The notes under the pieces were generated by a model. It saw only the letters and a list, made by a program, of their open reading frames with translations. It had not been told where the DNA came from and did no database searches. Positions 6,411 through 16,653 of a stretch of DNA of 32,277 nucleotides are shown piece after piece. A program made the translations under genes and the position numbers. Positions within the stretch are counted from its first letter, which is position 1. Every line of letters starts with the position of its first letter. The DNA comes from an uncultured Lachnospiraceae bacterium (GTDB taxonomy: Bacteria > Bacillota > Clostridia > Lachnospirales > Lachnospiraceae), in contig CAMWNY010000001.1 in assembly GCA_947175775.1 (NCBI GenBank), positions 1 to 32,277 on the forward strand. Direction: 5' to 3'.

Positions 6411-9134
6411 ATGGGCAGCAGCAATGAAAAAGAAAAAGAAAGAGAGCGGGAACGGGATAAGGAGGTTAAACTGACGGATTTATTTGACGTTGACATGCTC
6501 CAGCGTATGCAGGACGCGTTTTCCAACATGACAGGGCTTGCCGCCGTCATTACGGACGCAAACGGCGTGGCGGTCACAAAGGGAAGTAATTTTACCGATT
6601 TTTGCGCCCTGTATACGCGTGCAAATCCCATCGGATGTCTGCGCTGTCAGGAGTGTGATAAGTACGGAGCGGAGCTTGCGCTGCGCAGCGGTGCGTCAAT
6701 TCCGTATTACTGCCATGCGGGACTGATGGATTTTGCCGCTCCTATTATGGCAGGGAAACGCATGATTGGGTGCTTTGTCGGAGGGCAGGTGCTTACGGAG
6801 GCGCCCGATATTATCAAGGTCATGCAAAGCGCGGGAGAGTTGAAAATTGATTTGATTAAGTACCTTCAGGCGGTTATGAAGGTAAGGATTTTAGATAAGG
6901 ATACGGTTGACAGACATGCCAGCTTTTTATATACGCTGACAGACATTATCTCCAGTATTGCCTATCATAAGTATAAAATGGAGGAGGCAAACATTGAGAT
7001 TGAAAAAGCGGCAAACATGAAGTCGGACTTTCTTGCAAACATGAGCCATGAACTTCGGACGCCGATGAACGCGGTAATCGGGATGACGGAAATGGCGCTG
7101 CGCAAAGACATGTCAAGCGACGTCAGGGAATACTTAAACCAAATCCGGACGGCCGGAAAAACGCTTCTGACCATTATCAATGATATTCTTGACTTTTCCA
7201 AGATTGAATCGGGGAAAATGGATATTATTGAATCAGAGTTTGAGCCGCTGTCGCTGATTCATGATATTTCTACCATTATGGTGACAAGGATTGACGCCAA
7301 GGAAACGGAACTTTTAATAGATATTAATCCCAAGATGCCGAGCATGCTTTACGGTGACAACAATCGGATTAAGCAGGTGATTATCAATCTTGTAAACAAC
7401 GCTGCCAAATTTACAAAAGAAGGTAAGGTAGCGTTAAAGTTCAGCTACAGGCGAAGAAGCGAGCGTTATATTGATTTCATGTTCAGCGTGGAGGACACGG
7501 GAATTGGCATCAAGGAGCATGATTTGGATAAAATTTTCCAGTCCTTCCGGCAGGTTGACAGCAAAAGAAACCGCAATATTGAGGGCACAGGGCTTGGGCT
7601 TGCCATATGCAGACAGTTGATTTCTTTAATGAACGGCAGCCTTTCCGTAAAGAGCGAGTATGGAATAGGCTCCTGTTTTTCGTTTGAAATCCCTTTAAAA
7701 ATTGTGGATGAAGAGCCATGTTTAGTGATACAAAGTCCTAATCCTCCGCCTGCGTTTGGGGTTCTTGAAAATGAGTATGCGGACAGCCGTTTAAAGTCGG
7801 ATATGCGCAAGCTTGGCATTCCGTATACGAGGATTGAAGACATTGGAGACATTGAGGCGGTGAAGGACTGCATTCTGCCGGTCATGGAAGAACGTCCGTT
7901 TTTGTTTGTGGATAAGTCGGCGCTCAGTGATGAGCTGCTTTTGTTTGTGGAAAAAAATCCGCGGCTTACAGTTGTTTCCGTTAATTCATACAGTTACTCG
8001 TCAGACAGTGATTTACCCAATGTGATGTTTGTAAAGAAGCCGGTGTCCGCAATGATGATTACGGCGATTTACAATAATGAGGAGTATATTGACGAGCACA
8101 TGGGGGATGCCATGTATGACTTTATGGCAGAGTCGGCGAAGGTTCTGATTGTAGATGACAATACGGTCAATCTTACAGTGGCGGAAGGGCTTTTGGAGCC
8201 GCTTGGAATGGAAATTGATACGGCGCTTAGCGGAGAGGAAGCGATTGAGAAGATTTCCAAGACGTCTTATGACTTGATTTTAATGGATCATATGATGCCT
8301 GAAATTGACGGTGTGGAGACAACGCGCATTATCAGACGGTTCCACAATGAATATGATAATGTGCCGATTATTGCGCTGACAGCAAATGCGGTGGGCGGCG
8401 TGAAAAATATGTTTCTTGAGGAAGGAATGAATGACTTTATTGCAAAGCCAATTGAAGTGCATGTGCTGATGAGTAAGGTAAAGCAATGGCTGCCGAAAAA
8501 TAAGATTACAAAGGGCGTCAAAAGAGCGTCGCATACCCAAAATACGTTTCCTCAAATAGAAGGAATTGACGCTGCGGCGGCAATCAGAATGCTCGGCAAT
8601 GAAGAGGTATTTTGGTCAATCTTAAAGGATTACTGTAGGATTATCCCGCAAAAGATTGAAATAATACGGGAGTATTATGATACGGAGAACTGGAAAGGCT
8701 ATACCATCGAGGTACATGCGCTCAAAAGCTCATCGCGTCAGATTGGCGCGACGGGGCTTGCAAAGAAGGCGGAGCTGCTTGAGCAGGCGGGAAACGAGCT
8801 GGACATCGAAACAATACATGCCGATACAGGGGCGGCGCTTGACGAGTATCAACATTATTATGAAATTCTCAGCCCCTATTTTACGGAGGTGAAAAACGAA
8901 GCGACGGAGGAATTGACGCAGGATATTTTATTCGAGGTATTTTCGGAAATCGAAAACGCGATTGAGGAGCTTGACACGGATTTACTTGAGGAGGCGGTTC
9001 ACAGGATCGGATTCTATAAACTTGACGCGGTGCATTCGGAATATTATAATAAGATGCGCAAGGCGGTTGACGATATGGATGCGTACGCCTGTGAGGATAT
9101 TATGAAAGAATGGAAGGAAGCGCTCTCTGAATAA
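6411..9134 (+). CDS. Cytoplasmic hybrid sensor histidine kinase: PocR - HisKA - HATPase - receiver - Hpt
   Basis: PocR-type N-terminus (LQRMQDAFS..TGLAAVITD..FCALYTR..CLRCQECD..YYCHAGLMDFAAPI..GGQV). H-box SHELRTPMNA, GTGLGLAI, receiver LMDHMMP...KP and Hpt VHALKSSSRQIG. No evident transmembrane helix. Confidence 0.92.
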   Translation: MGSSNEKEKERERERDKEVKLTDLFDVDMLQRMQDAFSNMTGLAAVITDANGVAVTKGSNFTDFCALYTRANPIGCLRCQECDKYGAELALRSGASIPYYCHAGLMDFAAPIMAGKRMIGCFVGGQVLTEAPDIIKVMQSAGELKIDLIKYLQAVMKVRILDKDTVDRHASFLYTLTDIISSIAYHKYKMEEANIEIEKAANMKSDFLANMSHELRTPMNAVIGMTEMALRKDMSSDVREYLNQIRTAGKTLLTIINDILDFSKIESGKMDIIESEFEPLSLIHDISTIMVTRIDAKETELLIDINPKMPSMLYGDNNRIKQVIINLVNNAAKFTKEGKVALKFSYRRRSERYIDFMFSVEDTGIGIKEHDLDKIFQSFRQVDSKRNRNIEGTGLGLAICRQLISLMNGSLSVKSEYGIGSCFSFEIPLKIVDEEPCLVIQSPNPPPAFGVLENEYADSRLKSDMRKLGIPYTRIEDIGDIEAVKDCILPVMEERPFLFVDKSALSDELLLFVEKNPRLTVVSVNSYSYSSDSDLPNVMFVKKPVSAMMITAIYNNEEYIDEHMGDAMYDFMAESAKVLIVDDNTVNLTVAEGLLEPLGMEIDTALSGEEAIEKISKTSYDLILMDHMMPEIDGVETTRIIRRFHNEYDNVPIIALTANAVGGVKNMFLEEGMNDFIAKPIEVHVLMSKVKQWLPKNKITKGVKRASHTQNTFPQIEGIDAAAAIRMLGNEEVFWSILKDYCRIIPQKIEIIREYYDTENWKGYTIEVHALKSSSRQIGATGLAKKAELLEQAGNELDIETIHADTGAALDEYQHYYEILSPYFTEVKNEATEELTQDILFEVFSEIENAIEELDTDLLEEAVHRIGFYKLDAVHSEYYNKMRKAVDDMDAYACEDIMKEWKEALSE

Positions 9135-9156
9135 GAAGCGCGGTTGTGAAAAGAAT

Positions 9157-10146
9157 ATGCAGAAAAACAGATATGGGTTATGGCGCCTGTCATTGCTGTT
9201 GTGCGTGGCACTGTGCGCATTGGGGCTTGCAGGCTGTAAAAACAGTACAAACGGCACGGATACGGCAAAGTACAGTATTGTCTGCACAACGTTTCCGCAG
9301 TATGACTGGCTTCGGGAAATTATCGGTGAAAACACCGATTGTTTTTCGCTGACGATGCTGCTTGATAAAGGCGGTGATTTGCACAGCTATCAGCCGACTG
9401 CGGAGAGTATTGCGCGTATTTCATCAGCGGATATGTTTGTGTATGTCGGCGGCGAGTCGGATACATGGGTGGAGGACGCCCTGAACGGCGCGGTCAATAA
9501 GGATATGCGTGTTGTGAATTTAATGGACGCGCTCGGCGATAACGTACGCGAGGAAGAACTGGTAGAAGGAATGCAATGTGCTGTGGAGGAAGGCGAAAGC
9601 GGAGAGACGGAATATGATGAACATATTTGGCTCTCCCTGAAAAATGCCGTCTATCTGACAGGCGTTCTTTCGGATTCCGTACAGGAACTGGACGCCGAAC
9701 ATGCACAGGACTATGCGGCGAATGCGGCGGCTTATATCAGTGCATTGGAAGCGCTGGATCAGGAATACGCTGACGCAGTGGCAGCGTCTGAAAAGAAAAC
9801 ACTTTTATTTGCCGACCGTTTTCCGTTCCGTTATCTGACGGAGGATTACGGGATTCATTATTATGCGGCGTTTGCCGGCTGCAGCACCGAAACCGACGCG
9901 AGCTTTGAGACGGTTACGTTCCTGTCGGGAAAAACCGATGAACTTGGGCTTCACACGATACTGACAATCGAAGGGTCGGATCAAAAAATTGCCGAAATTA
10001 TTCGGGAGAATACGCACGGCAAAAATCAGGAAATACAAACCGTTAATTCGTTACAGTCCATAACCGCAAAGGAGATTCAAGACGGATTTACTTATATAAA
10101 AGCAATGCGGGATAATTTGGAAGTTCTGAAAAACGCATTGAATTGA
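9157..10146 (+). CDS. Zn/Mn-type metal ABC transporter substrate-binding lipoprotein (ZnuA/AdcA/TroA family)
   Basis: Lipobox LAGC; DLHSYQPT, YDEHIWLS and ADRFPFRYL motifs. Confidence 0.88.
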   Translation: MQKNRYGLWRLSLLLCVALCALGLAGCKNSTNGTDTAKYSIVCTTFPQYDWLREIIGENTDCFSLTMLLDKGGDLHSYQPTAESIARISSADMFVYVGGESDTWVEDALNGAVNKDMRVVNLMDALGDNVREEELVEGMQCAVEEGESGETEYDEHIWLSLKNAVYLTGVLSDSVQELDAEHAQDYAANAAAYISALEALDQEYADAVAASEKKTLLFADRFPFRYLTEDYGIHYYAAFAGCSTETDASFETVTFLSGKTDELGLHTILTIEGSDQKIAEIIRENTHGKNQEIQTVNSLQSITAKEIQDGFTYIKAMRDNLEVLKNALN

Positions 10147-10171
10147 AAACCATGAGGAGAAAATTGAAAAA

Positions 10172-11086
10172 ATGAACAGATTTGTATTGCGGCAGTCATT
10201 GATTTTGTTCCTGACAGCAGTCATTTGGGGGCTGGGTTTTATCGCCCAAAGCGTCGGAATGGATTACGTTGAGCCGTTTACTTTCACGGCATCGCGCAAC
10301 GTTCTTGCGTTCCTTGTGCTGATTCCGTATATTGCCGTAGCAGACAAAAGAAAACAAAAAAATGACACAAGTGTCATAAATAAGCGTGCGTTATGGATCG
10401 GAGGCATATGCTGCGGCGTATGCCTTTTTGCAGCGAGCAGTCTGCAGCAGTTTGGCGTAAAATACACGACAGTCGGAAAAGCCGGGTTTATCACGGCGAT
10501 GTATATGGTGCTTGTGCCGATATTCGGCATTTTTCTGCATAAAAAAGCAGGGTTAAAGGTGTGGGCTGCGGTCGCGCTTGCCGCACTTGGCATGTATCTT
10601 TTGTGCATCACCAAAGGAGAGTTCCGTTTAGAGCTGGGCGACAGTCTTGTGTTTGCCTGTGCGGTCTGCTTTACGTTTCATATCCTTACCATTGACCATT
10701 TTTCGCCCAAAACGGACGGTGTAAAGCTTTCATGCATTCAGTTTTTGGTGTGCGCCGTGCTGTCAACGCTGTCTGCACTGATATTTGAAAAGCCGGACCT
10801 GCGAAATATTGCCGCGGCAGGCGTTCCGATTTTATATGCAGGCGTCTTCTCAAGCGGCGTCGCCTATACCTTGCAGATTATCGGTCAAAAAGGCATGAAC
10901 CCGACGGTAGCGTCTTTGATTTTAAGCTTGGAGTCTGTTGTTTCCGTGCTCGCCGGATGGCTGATTTTAAATCAGGCACTCTCGAGAAGGGAGATTTTGG
11001 GATGCATCCTTGCGTTTGCGGCAATCATACTGGTACAGCTTCCGGATAAAAAAGCGCACGCGCAGATTACTCAAAGTACCGAATAA
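10172..11086 (+). CDS. DMT/EamA family transporter
   Basis: About 10 hydrophobic helices in two repeats; AVIWG..F, KAGFITAMY and SLILSLESV motifs. Confidence 0.9.
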   Translation: MNRFVLRQSLILFLTAVIWGLGFIAQSVGMDYVEPFTFTASRNVLAFLVLIPYIAVADKRKQKNDTSVINKRALWIGGICCGVCLFAASSLQQFGVKYTTVGKAGFITAMYMVLVPIFGIFLHKKAGLKVWAAVALAALGMYLLCITKGEFRLELGDSLVFACAVCFTFHILTIDHFSPKTDGVKLSCIQFLVCAVLSTLSALIFEKPDLRNIAAAGVPILYAGVFSSGVAYTLQIIGQKGMNPTVASLILSLESVVSVLAGWLILNQALSRREILGCILAFAAIILVQLPDKKAHAQITQSTE

Positions 11087-11772
11087 ATCCACGAAAAAAC
11101 GGAAGCGCCGAAAACCGTCAAAATACCTGCCACTGCAATGGAAAGGCTGCTCATGGCGCCTTCGATTTCGCCAAGCTCCATTGCTTTTGCGGTGCCGATT
11201 GCATGTGCGGAGGAACCAAGTGCAAGCCCTTTTGCAATCGGTTCCTGAATGCGAAACAGCTTCAATACCGGTTCGGCAAGAATATTTCCCAAAACCCCTG
11301 TTACCACGATAACCAAAACGGTAATATTGACATATCCGCCAAGCTCTTCCGAAACGCTCATTCCGATTGCCGTCGTAATGGACTTTGGCAGAAACGTCAC
11401 GAATTCCTGCTGGTTTAGTCCAAACAGCAGCGCTAACAGCAGCACCGTGACAAGGCTTGTCAGCACGCCGGATACAATGCCCGCAGCAACCGCGGCAAGA
11501 TTTTTCTTTAACAGCGTAAGCTGCTCGTAGAGCGGGATTGCGAGACAAACCGTGGCAGGCGTGAGAAACCAGCTGATATATTTTGCGCCTAGATTGTAGG
11601 TATCATAATCCACATGCGCCGCTAAAAGTATAACGATTGTGACGGCAATGGAAATGAGGAGCGGGTTAAACAAACCGCTGTGAAATTTTTTTTTGAGCCA
11701 TGCTCCAAACATATACGCGAGCAGACTGATTGTTGCGCCCGCAAAAATAGAAGTCTGCATCAATTCATTCAT
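11071..11772 (-). CDS. lrgB: LrgB/CidB family membrane protein
   Basis: [29 protein letters not shown] and [12 protein letters not shown] motifs. Start ATG 11772 overlaps the upstream stop (ATGAATGA). Confidence 0.9.
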   Translation of the reverse strand: MNELMQTSIFAGATISLLAYMFGAWLKKKFHSGLFNPLLISIAVTIVILLAAHVDYDTYNLGAKYISWFLTPATVCLAIPLYEQLTLLKKNLAAVAAGIVSGVLTSLVTVLLLALLFGLNQQEFVTFLPKSITTAIGMSVSEELGGYVNITVLVIVVTGVLGNILAEPVLKLFRIQEPIAKGLALGSSAHAIGTAKAMELGEIEGAMSSLSIAVAGILTVFGASVFSWIYSVL

Positions 11773-12127
11773 TATTTTTGTCCTTTCCATGTCTGATGAT
11801 TGCCTGCGAAACCCTGCCGCTCACCGCCATGACCGCGACAAGCACGACAACCGTGATGACCGCGACAGGCACAAGCATTGGCTGCAGAACGTTCCAGGAC
11901 GCCATAAGCCCCACGCCCGCCGGAATAAACATCACCGGCATCGTCTCAATCAGAAATTTTCCCGCGTCACGTACTGCTTCCAGCCTGATAATGCCTGTTA
12001 CAAGGCATGCAAACAAAATTGCCATGCCGTAAATGCTTGCCGGTACCGGTAAAGGCAGCACTGCTTTTAGGATTTCTCCAATGAACGAGATGGAAAGAAT
12101 GATTGAAAACTGTTTTAAGTAGTTCAA
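11765..12127 (-). CDS. CidA/LrgA family holin-like protein
   Basis: LPLPVPASIYGM and MPVMFIPAGVGLM motifs; TTG start at 12127 after AGGAG; paired with lrgB. Confidence 0.88.
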   Translation of the reverse strand: MNYLKQFSIILSISFIGEILKAVLPLPVPASIYGMAILFACLVTGIIRLEAVRDAGKFLIETMPVMFIPAGVGLMASWNVLQPMLVPVAVITVVVLVAVMAVSGRVSQAIIRHGKDKNNE

Positions 12128-12154
12128 TGTAAAACACACTCCTGTTCTGATAAA

Positions 12155-15058
12155 TTATTCTTGTGAATAAAGGCTGACAGAAGGCTTTGCAAGATAAAAT
12201 CCCTGTCCAAAGTCAGCGCCAAGCTCTTTTGCAGTATTGTATTCCTCTACTGTTTCAATTCCTTCTGCAATTACCATAATATAGTTTTCATGGCAATACT
12301 GGATCATACCGCGCACAAGGGACTGTGTAGCCGAGTTATTGTGAATATCACGAATGAGCGCCATATCCAGTTTAACGAAATGGAAGTTAAAGGATACCAG
12401 CATATCACTGTTGCTGTATCCGGAACCGTAATCATCAAGCGCAATTGGGATATTCCATTTTGCGCAAAAGGCGCGTTTGATACTGTCAATTTCAAGCTCG
12501 CTCTTCGTGTTTTCCGTAATTTCCATAACAACCCGTCCGAGTTTATCTTCATACATTTTTTCAATTAACGACCATTCATCGGCAGATAAAAGCTGATTTG
12601 GAATCGAGTTGATAAAAACGCGCGCGTTATCATCGCTGCGGACCTGGTCAAAAAACTCTTTCAGTGCATGAAACCATGTAATGCGTTCAATTTTGTCAAG
12701 CTTCGCTTCCGCCTGTGCCACGCGCAGAAGCTCCTCAGGTTTACGAAGCAGATCGGAAATCGGACGCATCAGTGCCTCGTAGGCAAAAACCGTGCCGTTT
12801 TTCAGGGAAATAATGGGTTGGAATACATACTTAATGGACTCATATTTAATCAGTCTGTTCAGCTCGCCTACGCCTTGTACAAGAATATATTCTTTGAGAT
12901 ACCGTTCTTTATTGTAAGCCTTAATGCTTCCCTTAGACGATTTCTTTACTTCATACATCGCAAAATCCGCATACTTTAAGAGATCCGGATAATTGGTGCC
13001 GTCCTCAGCATAAAATGACATTCCGGCAGATGCGCTCATATTCAGCTCAAGACCGTCAGGAAGCAGCAGCGTTTCCTGCAGCAGCGCGTTGTGAATATCT
13101 GTCAGTGTGGCAATCAGCGTTTCCTTGGGTTCGTCATATAAAAACATGGTAAATTCATCACCCGCAAGTCGTGCAGAATAGCTGTTTTCCGGCATTCGGC
13201 GCTTTAGCAGATTGGAAAGCGTACAAATATATCTGTCACCTATTTCGTGCCCATATGTATCATTTGTGTATTTCAGATTGTCAAGATCCCAAATGGAAAG
13301 CAGACCATTCGTACAATGCCCTTCATCAATCATATATTTCATTTTGCGTGCAAATGCGCCGCGGTTATAAAGTCCCGTGAGAGCATCATAGTCGCGGTCA
13401 TGCAGAATTTTCTGTTTTTCAAGTACACTCTCTGTAATATCTGAAATAATTATCAGTGTATTTTGATTGGTGGACTGCTGTTTGATATCCAGCCATTTAT
13501 CCTCACAATCAGGGCGGTGATAACGGAACAGATCGGCAGTTTCCTGACTGGGTTCAAAAAACTCCTGAAGTTTCTTTAATTTTCCCATAAATAGCAGTTT
13601 AGAAATATGATTATGTTCCCAGCCGGTATCAGGAATTTCCAGGATTTCAAAAAGCCGGTGTGTGCAGTAAACAGTTTCGTCATTTTTATCAAATTCGCAT
13701 ACGGCAAGCGAAATACCTGCTACCTCAATAATATCAGACATTTTATTGCCGACACGGTAAATGTAATCGTTTTGCTCTTCAATCGCTTTGGAAAGTGTGT
13801 CAAACTCGGAGATTCTTGTCCGCGGCAATTCTGAATTTCCCGGTGAAAGCTTGGGAATACTGCGGTTGAGAAGCCGTATGGGACGCATGAAAATGTGCGT
13901 AATAAAAAATGTACCCACAGCCGAAAGAAGGAGGGAAATGCTGACAGCTCCGGCAAGAACAAGCTTCAGGCGGTCTGATGGCGCATACAGCGTATCCGTG
14001 CGGACGATGCCGCATAAAACCCACTGCTGCTTGTGATAAGGAGACTGGGGCATATATAATCTGAGCGGTTTCATACAGATGCTTGTGGGCGCAGGAAGTG
14101 ATTTCGTGTTAATATCATAAATTCCGTATTTTGCGTCGCGCACCTTTAGGGTAATTTGTTCACCGCTTTTGAGCATCGGATAATATGCATCATTTCCGAT
14201 ATAAATACTGGAAACTTTGGACATTGTTTCCGTTACGCCTAAAAGATAAGTGCCGTATGTATCAATCAGCAGGTGCTGGTCCGGCAAAAGTGACTTAAGA
14301 TAGTTAAAACTAACACCAAAGCCAATCACGCCGTAAGGTTTATGATTCTCGTCAATGAGAGGAAGCGTGTAATAAATACAATTGTTGTTATCCTCATGGA
14401 TAGCATTTGAAACAGAAAAATATCCAAGGTCATAAGCAGAACTGTCGGGATAAGCTTCCACACTGTCGATAACCGTCTGATAAAACGGGCAGGAACTACC
14501 TGTTTCAATTGTTTGGCTCCATAAGGAATCAAGTGTAAGCTGATAGTCATATAAAAGGCGCGTTGGTCCGGCAGCGACATAGACATCGGAATTATTCTTA
14601 GGGGTGTTATATGGATTTTGGTCTGTCAGATAAACGGCATCATGCGCGGCGCCGCTGCTGCCGTTCTCGAGTATTACAAAACATGCGCTGGTGGAAGAGG
14701 AGCGCATTGCGTTTAAAATATCAGGCGTAATATCAACCAAAAGCTGATTGCGGTTTTCGCTGCTTTTAAGATAGGATGCGATGTCTTGTTCCAACGTGGA
14801 GGCATTTTCCAATGTACGGTCGGAGACTGCATTGTAAAAATCCGTTAAATTGACAAAGCCGCCAAAATACTGTTCCAGTGAAAAGGCGCTTGCTGAAACA
14901 GTGCGGTCAAGTATTTTAAATGTATTTTCATTCATGTCCTCAGGCATACCGCTCGTAATAAGAAAGCCTGCAAACACGGATGTTTGCAGCAGGATAATAA
15001 AAGTAAGCGATAACATAACATAATACTTTAAACTGATGCTGGTGAAAAAGTTTTTCAA
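12155..15058 (-). CDS. Membrane-anchored diguanylate cyclase/phosphodiesterase (extracellular sensor, HAMP/PAS-like region, GGDEF, EAL)
   Basis: Two TM helices flank a large extracellular domain. GGDEF motifs DALTGLYNR, DLDNLKYTNDTYGHEIGD and RLAGDEF. EAL motifs EALMRP, DDYGSGYS, KLD, AEGIE and QGFY. Confidence 0.93.
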   Translation of the reverse strand: MKNFFTSISLKYYVMLSLTFIILLQTSVFAGFLITSGMPEDMNENTFKILDRTVSASAFSLEQYFGGFVNLTDFYNAVSDRTLENASTLEQDIASYLKSSENRNQLLVDITPDILNAMRSSSTSACFVILENGSSGAAHDAVYLTDQNPYNTPKNNSDVYVAAGPTRLLYDYQLTLDSLWSQTIETGSSCPFYQTVIDSVEAYPDSSAYDLGYFSVSNAIHEDNNNCIYYTLPLIDENHKPYGVIGFGVSFNYLKSLLPDQHLLIDTYGTYLLGVTETMSKVSSIYIGNDAYYPMLKSGEQITLKVRDAKYGIYDINTKSLPAPTSICMKPLRLYMPQSPYHKQQWVLCGIVRTDTLYAPSDRLKLVLAGAVSISLLLSAVGTFFITHIFMRPIRLLNRSIPKLSPGNSELPRTRISEFDTLSKAIEEQNDYIYRVGNKMSDIIEVAGISLAVCEFDKNDETVYCTHRLFEILEIPDTGWEHNHISKLLFMGKLKKLQEFFEPSQETADLFRYHRPDCEDKWLDIKQQSTNQNTLIIISDITESVLEKQKILHDRDYDALTGLYNRGAFARKMKYMIDEGHCTNGLLSIWDLDNLKYTNDTYGHEIGDRYICTLSNLLKRRMPENSYSARLAGDEFTMFLYDEPKETLIATLTDIHNALLQETLLLPDGLELNMSASAGMSFYAEDGTNYPDLLKYADFAMYEVKKSSKGSIKAYNKERYLKEYILVQGVGELNRLIKYESIKYVFQPIISLKNGTVFAYEALMRPISDLLRKPEELLRVAQAEAKLDKIERITWFHALKEFFDQVRSDDNARVFINSIPNQLLSADEWSLIEKMYEDKLGRVVMEITENTKSELEIDSIKRAFCAKWNIPIALDDYGSGYSNSDMLVSFNFHFVKLDMALIRDIHNNSATQSLVRGMIQYCHENYIMVIAEGIETVEEYNTAKELGADFGQGFYLAKPSVSLYSQE

Positions 15059-15071
15059 GTAAACACGCCTC

Positions 15072-16463
15072 CTATTTACAGTATTGTTTTAATTCGGAAC
15101 GGGTATGCGCATACCATTCCTGAAAATGCGCATCTGACAGATATTCATCAGGCGAAGCGCCTTCTTTAATTGCAGCGCGGTCGGCAATTGCAAGTGCAGG
15201 CATTGTCTGCTCAAGTATGCTTTTTGCCTGTGTGCCGCCGCAAAAGCCTGTAGGCTGATACATAATATACTTTTCCAACTGTGAAAGGGATGTCATGATC
15301 GTATCATTAATTACAGTATTTGAGGAATGGGTTTCTAAGTATGCGGACATGACGTCTGGTTTCGCTGCTTCAAGGGAAACCGGCATATAGCCGCTGCCTG
15401 CACAGAAACGAAGATTTTGTTCGCTTTGGGTAAACCATTTTAAAAATAGGACGCTTGCATATTCCTGTTCCTGCGTGGTTTTGGTAACAGCCATGCCGGC
15501 GCCCTGCAATACAGCGTAAGGAGCAGTATTTTCAAAATTGGGAAGCGGCAGAACCATACATTCAATAGGGCAGGCTGTACCGTCAGGCAGTACTGTTTTG
15601 CTTGGAAAGTATGCGGCGCCCGCTGAAGAACATACCAAAGCGGCAATTTCCCCGATACGCATATCATCACTCCGGAAAGTTCCTACCTGGCTATAGTATC
15701 CATTTATATAAGGAATATAAAAATTATCCCAAATTTTTTGCATGGATTCCTGGTCAAAGTCAAGTGTAACCTGGTTTCCGGAACCGTTGAACAGTTCATG
15801 CCCTAGCTGGGAACTGCCAATAATGGCATAGTTGGCAAAGGCATCGCGTCCGAAAAATGCCTTTCCTTCCGACCATTCATAGTACTGTTTTGCAGTTTGG
15901 GCAATCCCTTCCCATGTTGATAAGGAATCGATGCCTGTGCCTGTATCCTTTGCAAACTGATCCCAAACTGTTTTATTAAGCATCAGTACTTCGGTTGACT
16001 CTGCAACCGGAAAAATCTTCCATGATTTGTTTGGTCCGATGCATCCGGCATCCAAAAAACGCCGTACATACATAAGCTTTTCGTCTTCGGTGATGTATTT
16101 GTCAAAATCAATCAGTTCCACCTCGCTCTCAATTGAAACGGCGATATCAGGATAACATTGAAAGACGTTTGGCAGTTCACAAGAGCCTATTTTTCCCAAT
16201 GCAGAATCCCACAGCGCCTGTTCAAGATCATTTGCAGAGCTCATGCTTTGCGCCATTACAATAATACCGTTTTCACGTCCGGTCGTATTGTTGAATTCTG
16301 TAACCAGTTCATCAAATTGAGATGCAACATGACCGCTGTAATAATGCCAAATGGTTATGACCGTCGGATTATCCTGGGATAGCCCGTGATGATTGTCGCT
16401 GCATCCAAAAAGAGTAAGAGATGCCAAAATATAAATCCATAAAAAGAAACTTGCTTTTTTCAT
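15072..16463 (-). CDS. Extracellular solute-binding lipoprotein (family 1, sugar/G3P-like)
   Basis: Lipobox LFGC; ITIWHYY, STEVLMLNKT, QGAGMAVTK and GYMPV motifs. Start reassigned to ATG 16463 (MKKASFF). Confidence 0.88.
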   Translation of the reverse strand: MKKASFFLWIYILASLTLFGCSDNHHGLSQDNPTVITIWHYYSGHVASQFDELVTEFNNTTGRENGIIVMAQSMSSANDLEQALWDSALGKIGSCELPNVFQCYPDIAVSIESEVELIDFDKYITEDEKLMYVRRFLDAGCIGPNKSWKIFPVAESTEVLMLNKTVWDQFAKDTGTGIDSLSTWEGIAQTAKQYYEWSEGKAFFGRDAFANYAIIGSSQLGHELFNGSGNQVTLDFDQESMQKIWDNFYIPYINGYYSQVGTFRSDDMRIGEIAALVCSSAGAAYFPSKTVLPDGTACPIECMVLPLPNFENTAPYAVLQGAGMAVTKTTQEQEYASVLFLKWFTQSEQNLRFCAGSGYMPVSLEAAKPDVMSAYLETHSSNTVINDTIMTSLSQLEKYIMYQPTGFCGGTQAKSILEQTMPALAIADRAAIKEGASPDEYLSDAHFQEWYAHTRSELKQYCK

Positions 16464-16570
16464 TAGCCAATTAATTCCTTTTGCATTTTGTAAAGCCATT
16501 TTCATCAAGTATAACACAGAATACCAAACGGAAAAACAAAAATATGAAAAATATTCCTGTACGGAATCTA

Positions 16571-16600
16571 TTGCCACTGCTGCCACAAATTTGATATAAT
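16571..16600 (+). promoter_or_regulatory. Putative sigmaA promoter
   Basis: TTGCCA-18 nt-TATAAT with extended -10 TG. Confidence 0.5.
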
Positions 16601-16653
16601 GCTAACATTGACTTAAAAAATCAAAGCAAAGAGCAAGGGGGCTAATTGGATTA

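Noticed and set aside
6425-6465. Purine-rich EKEKERERERDKE micro-repeat at the kinase N-terminus
   Set aside because: Imperfect and in-frame low complexity; no evidence of a phase-variable tract.
10967-11548. 193-aa minus-strand ORF
   Set aside because: Alternative frame overlapping lrgB and eamA with no family motif.
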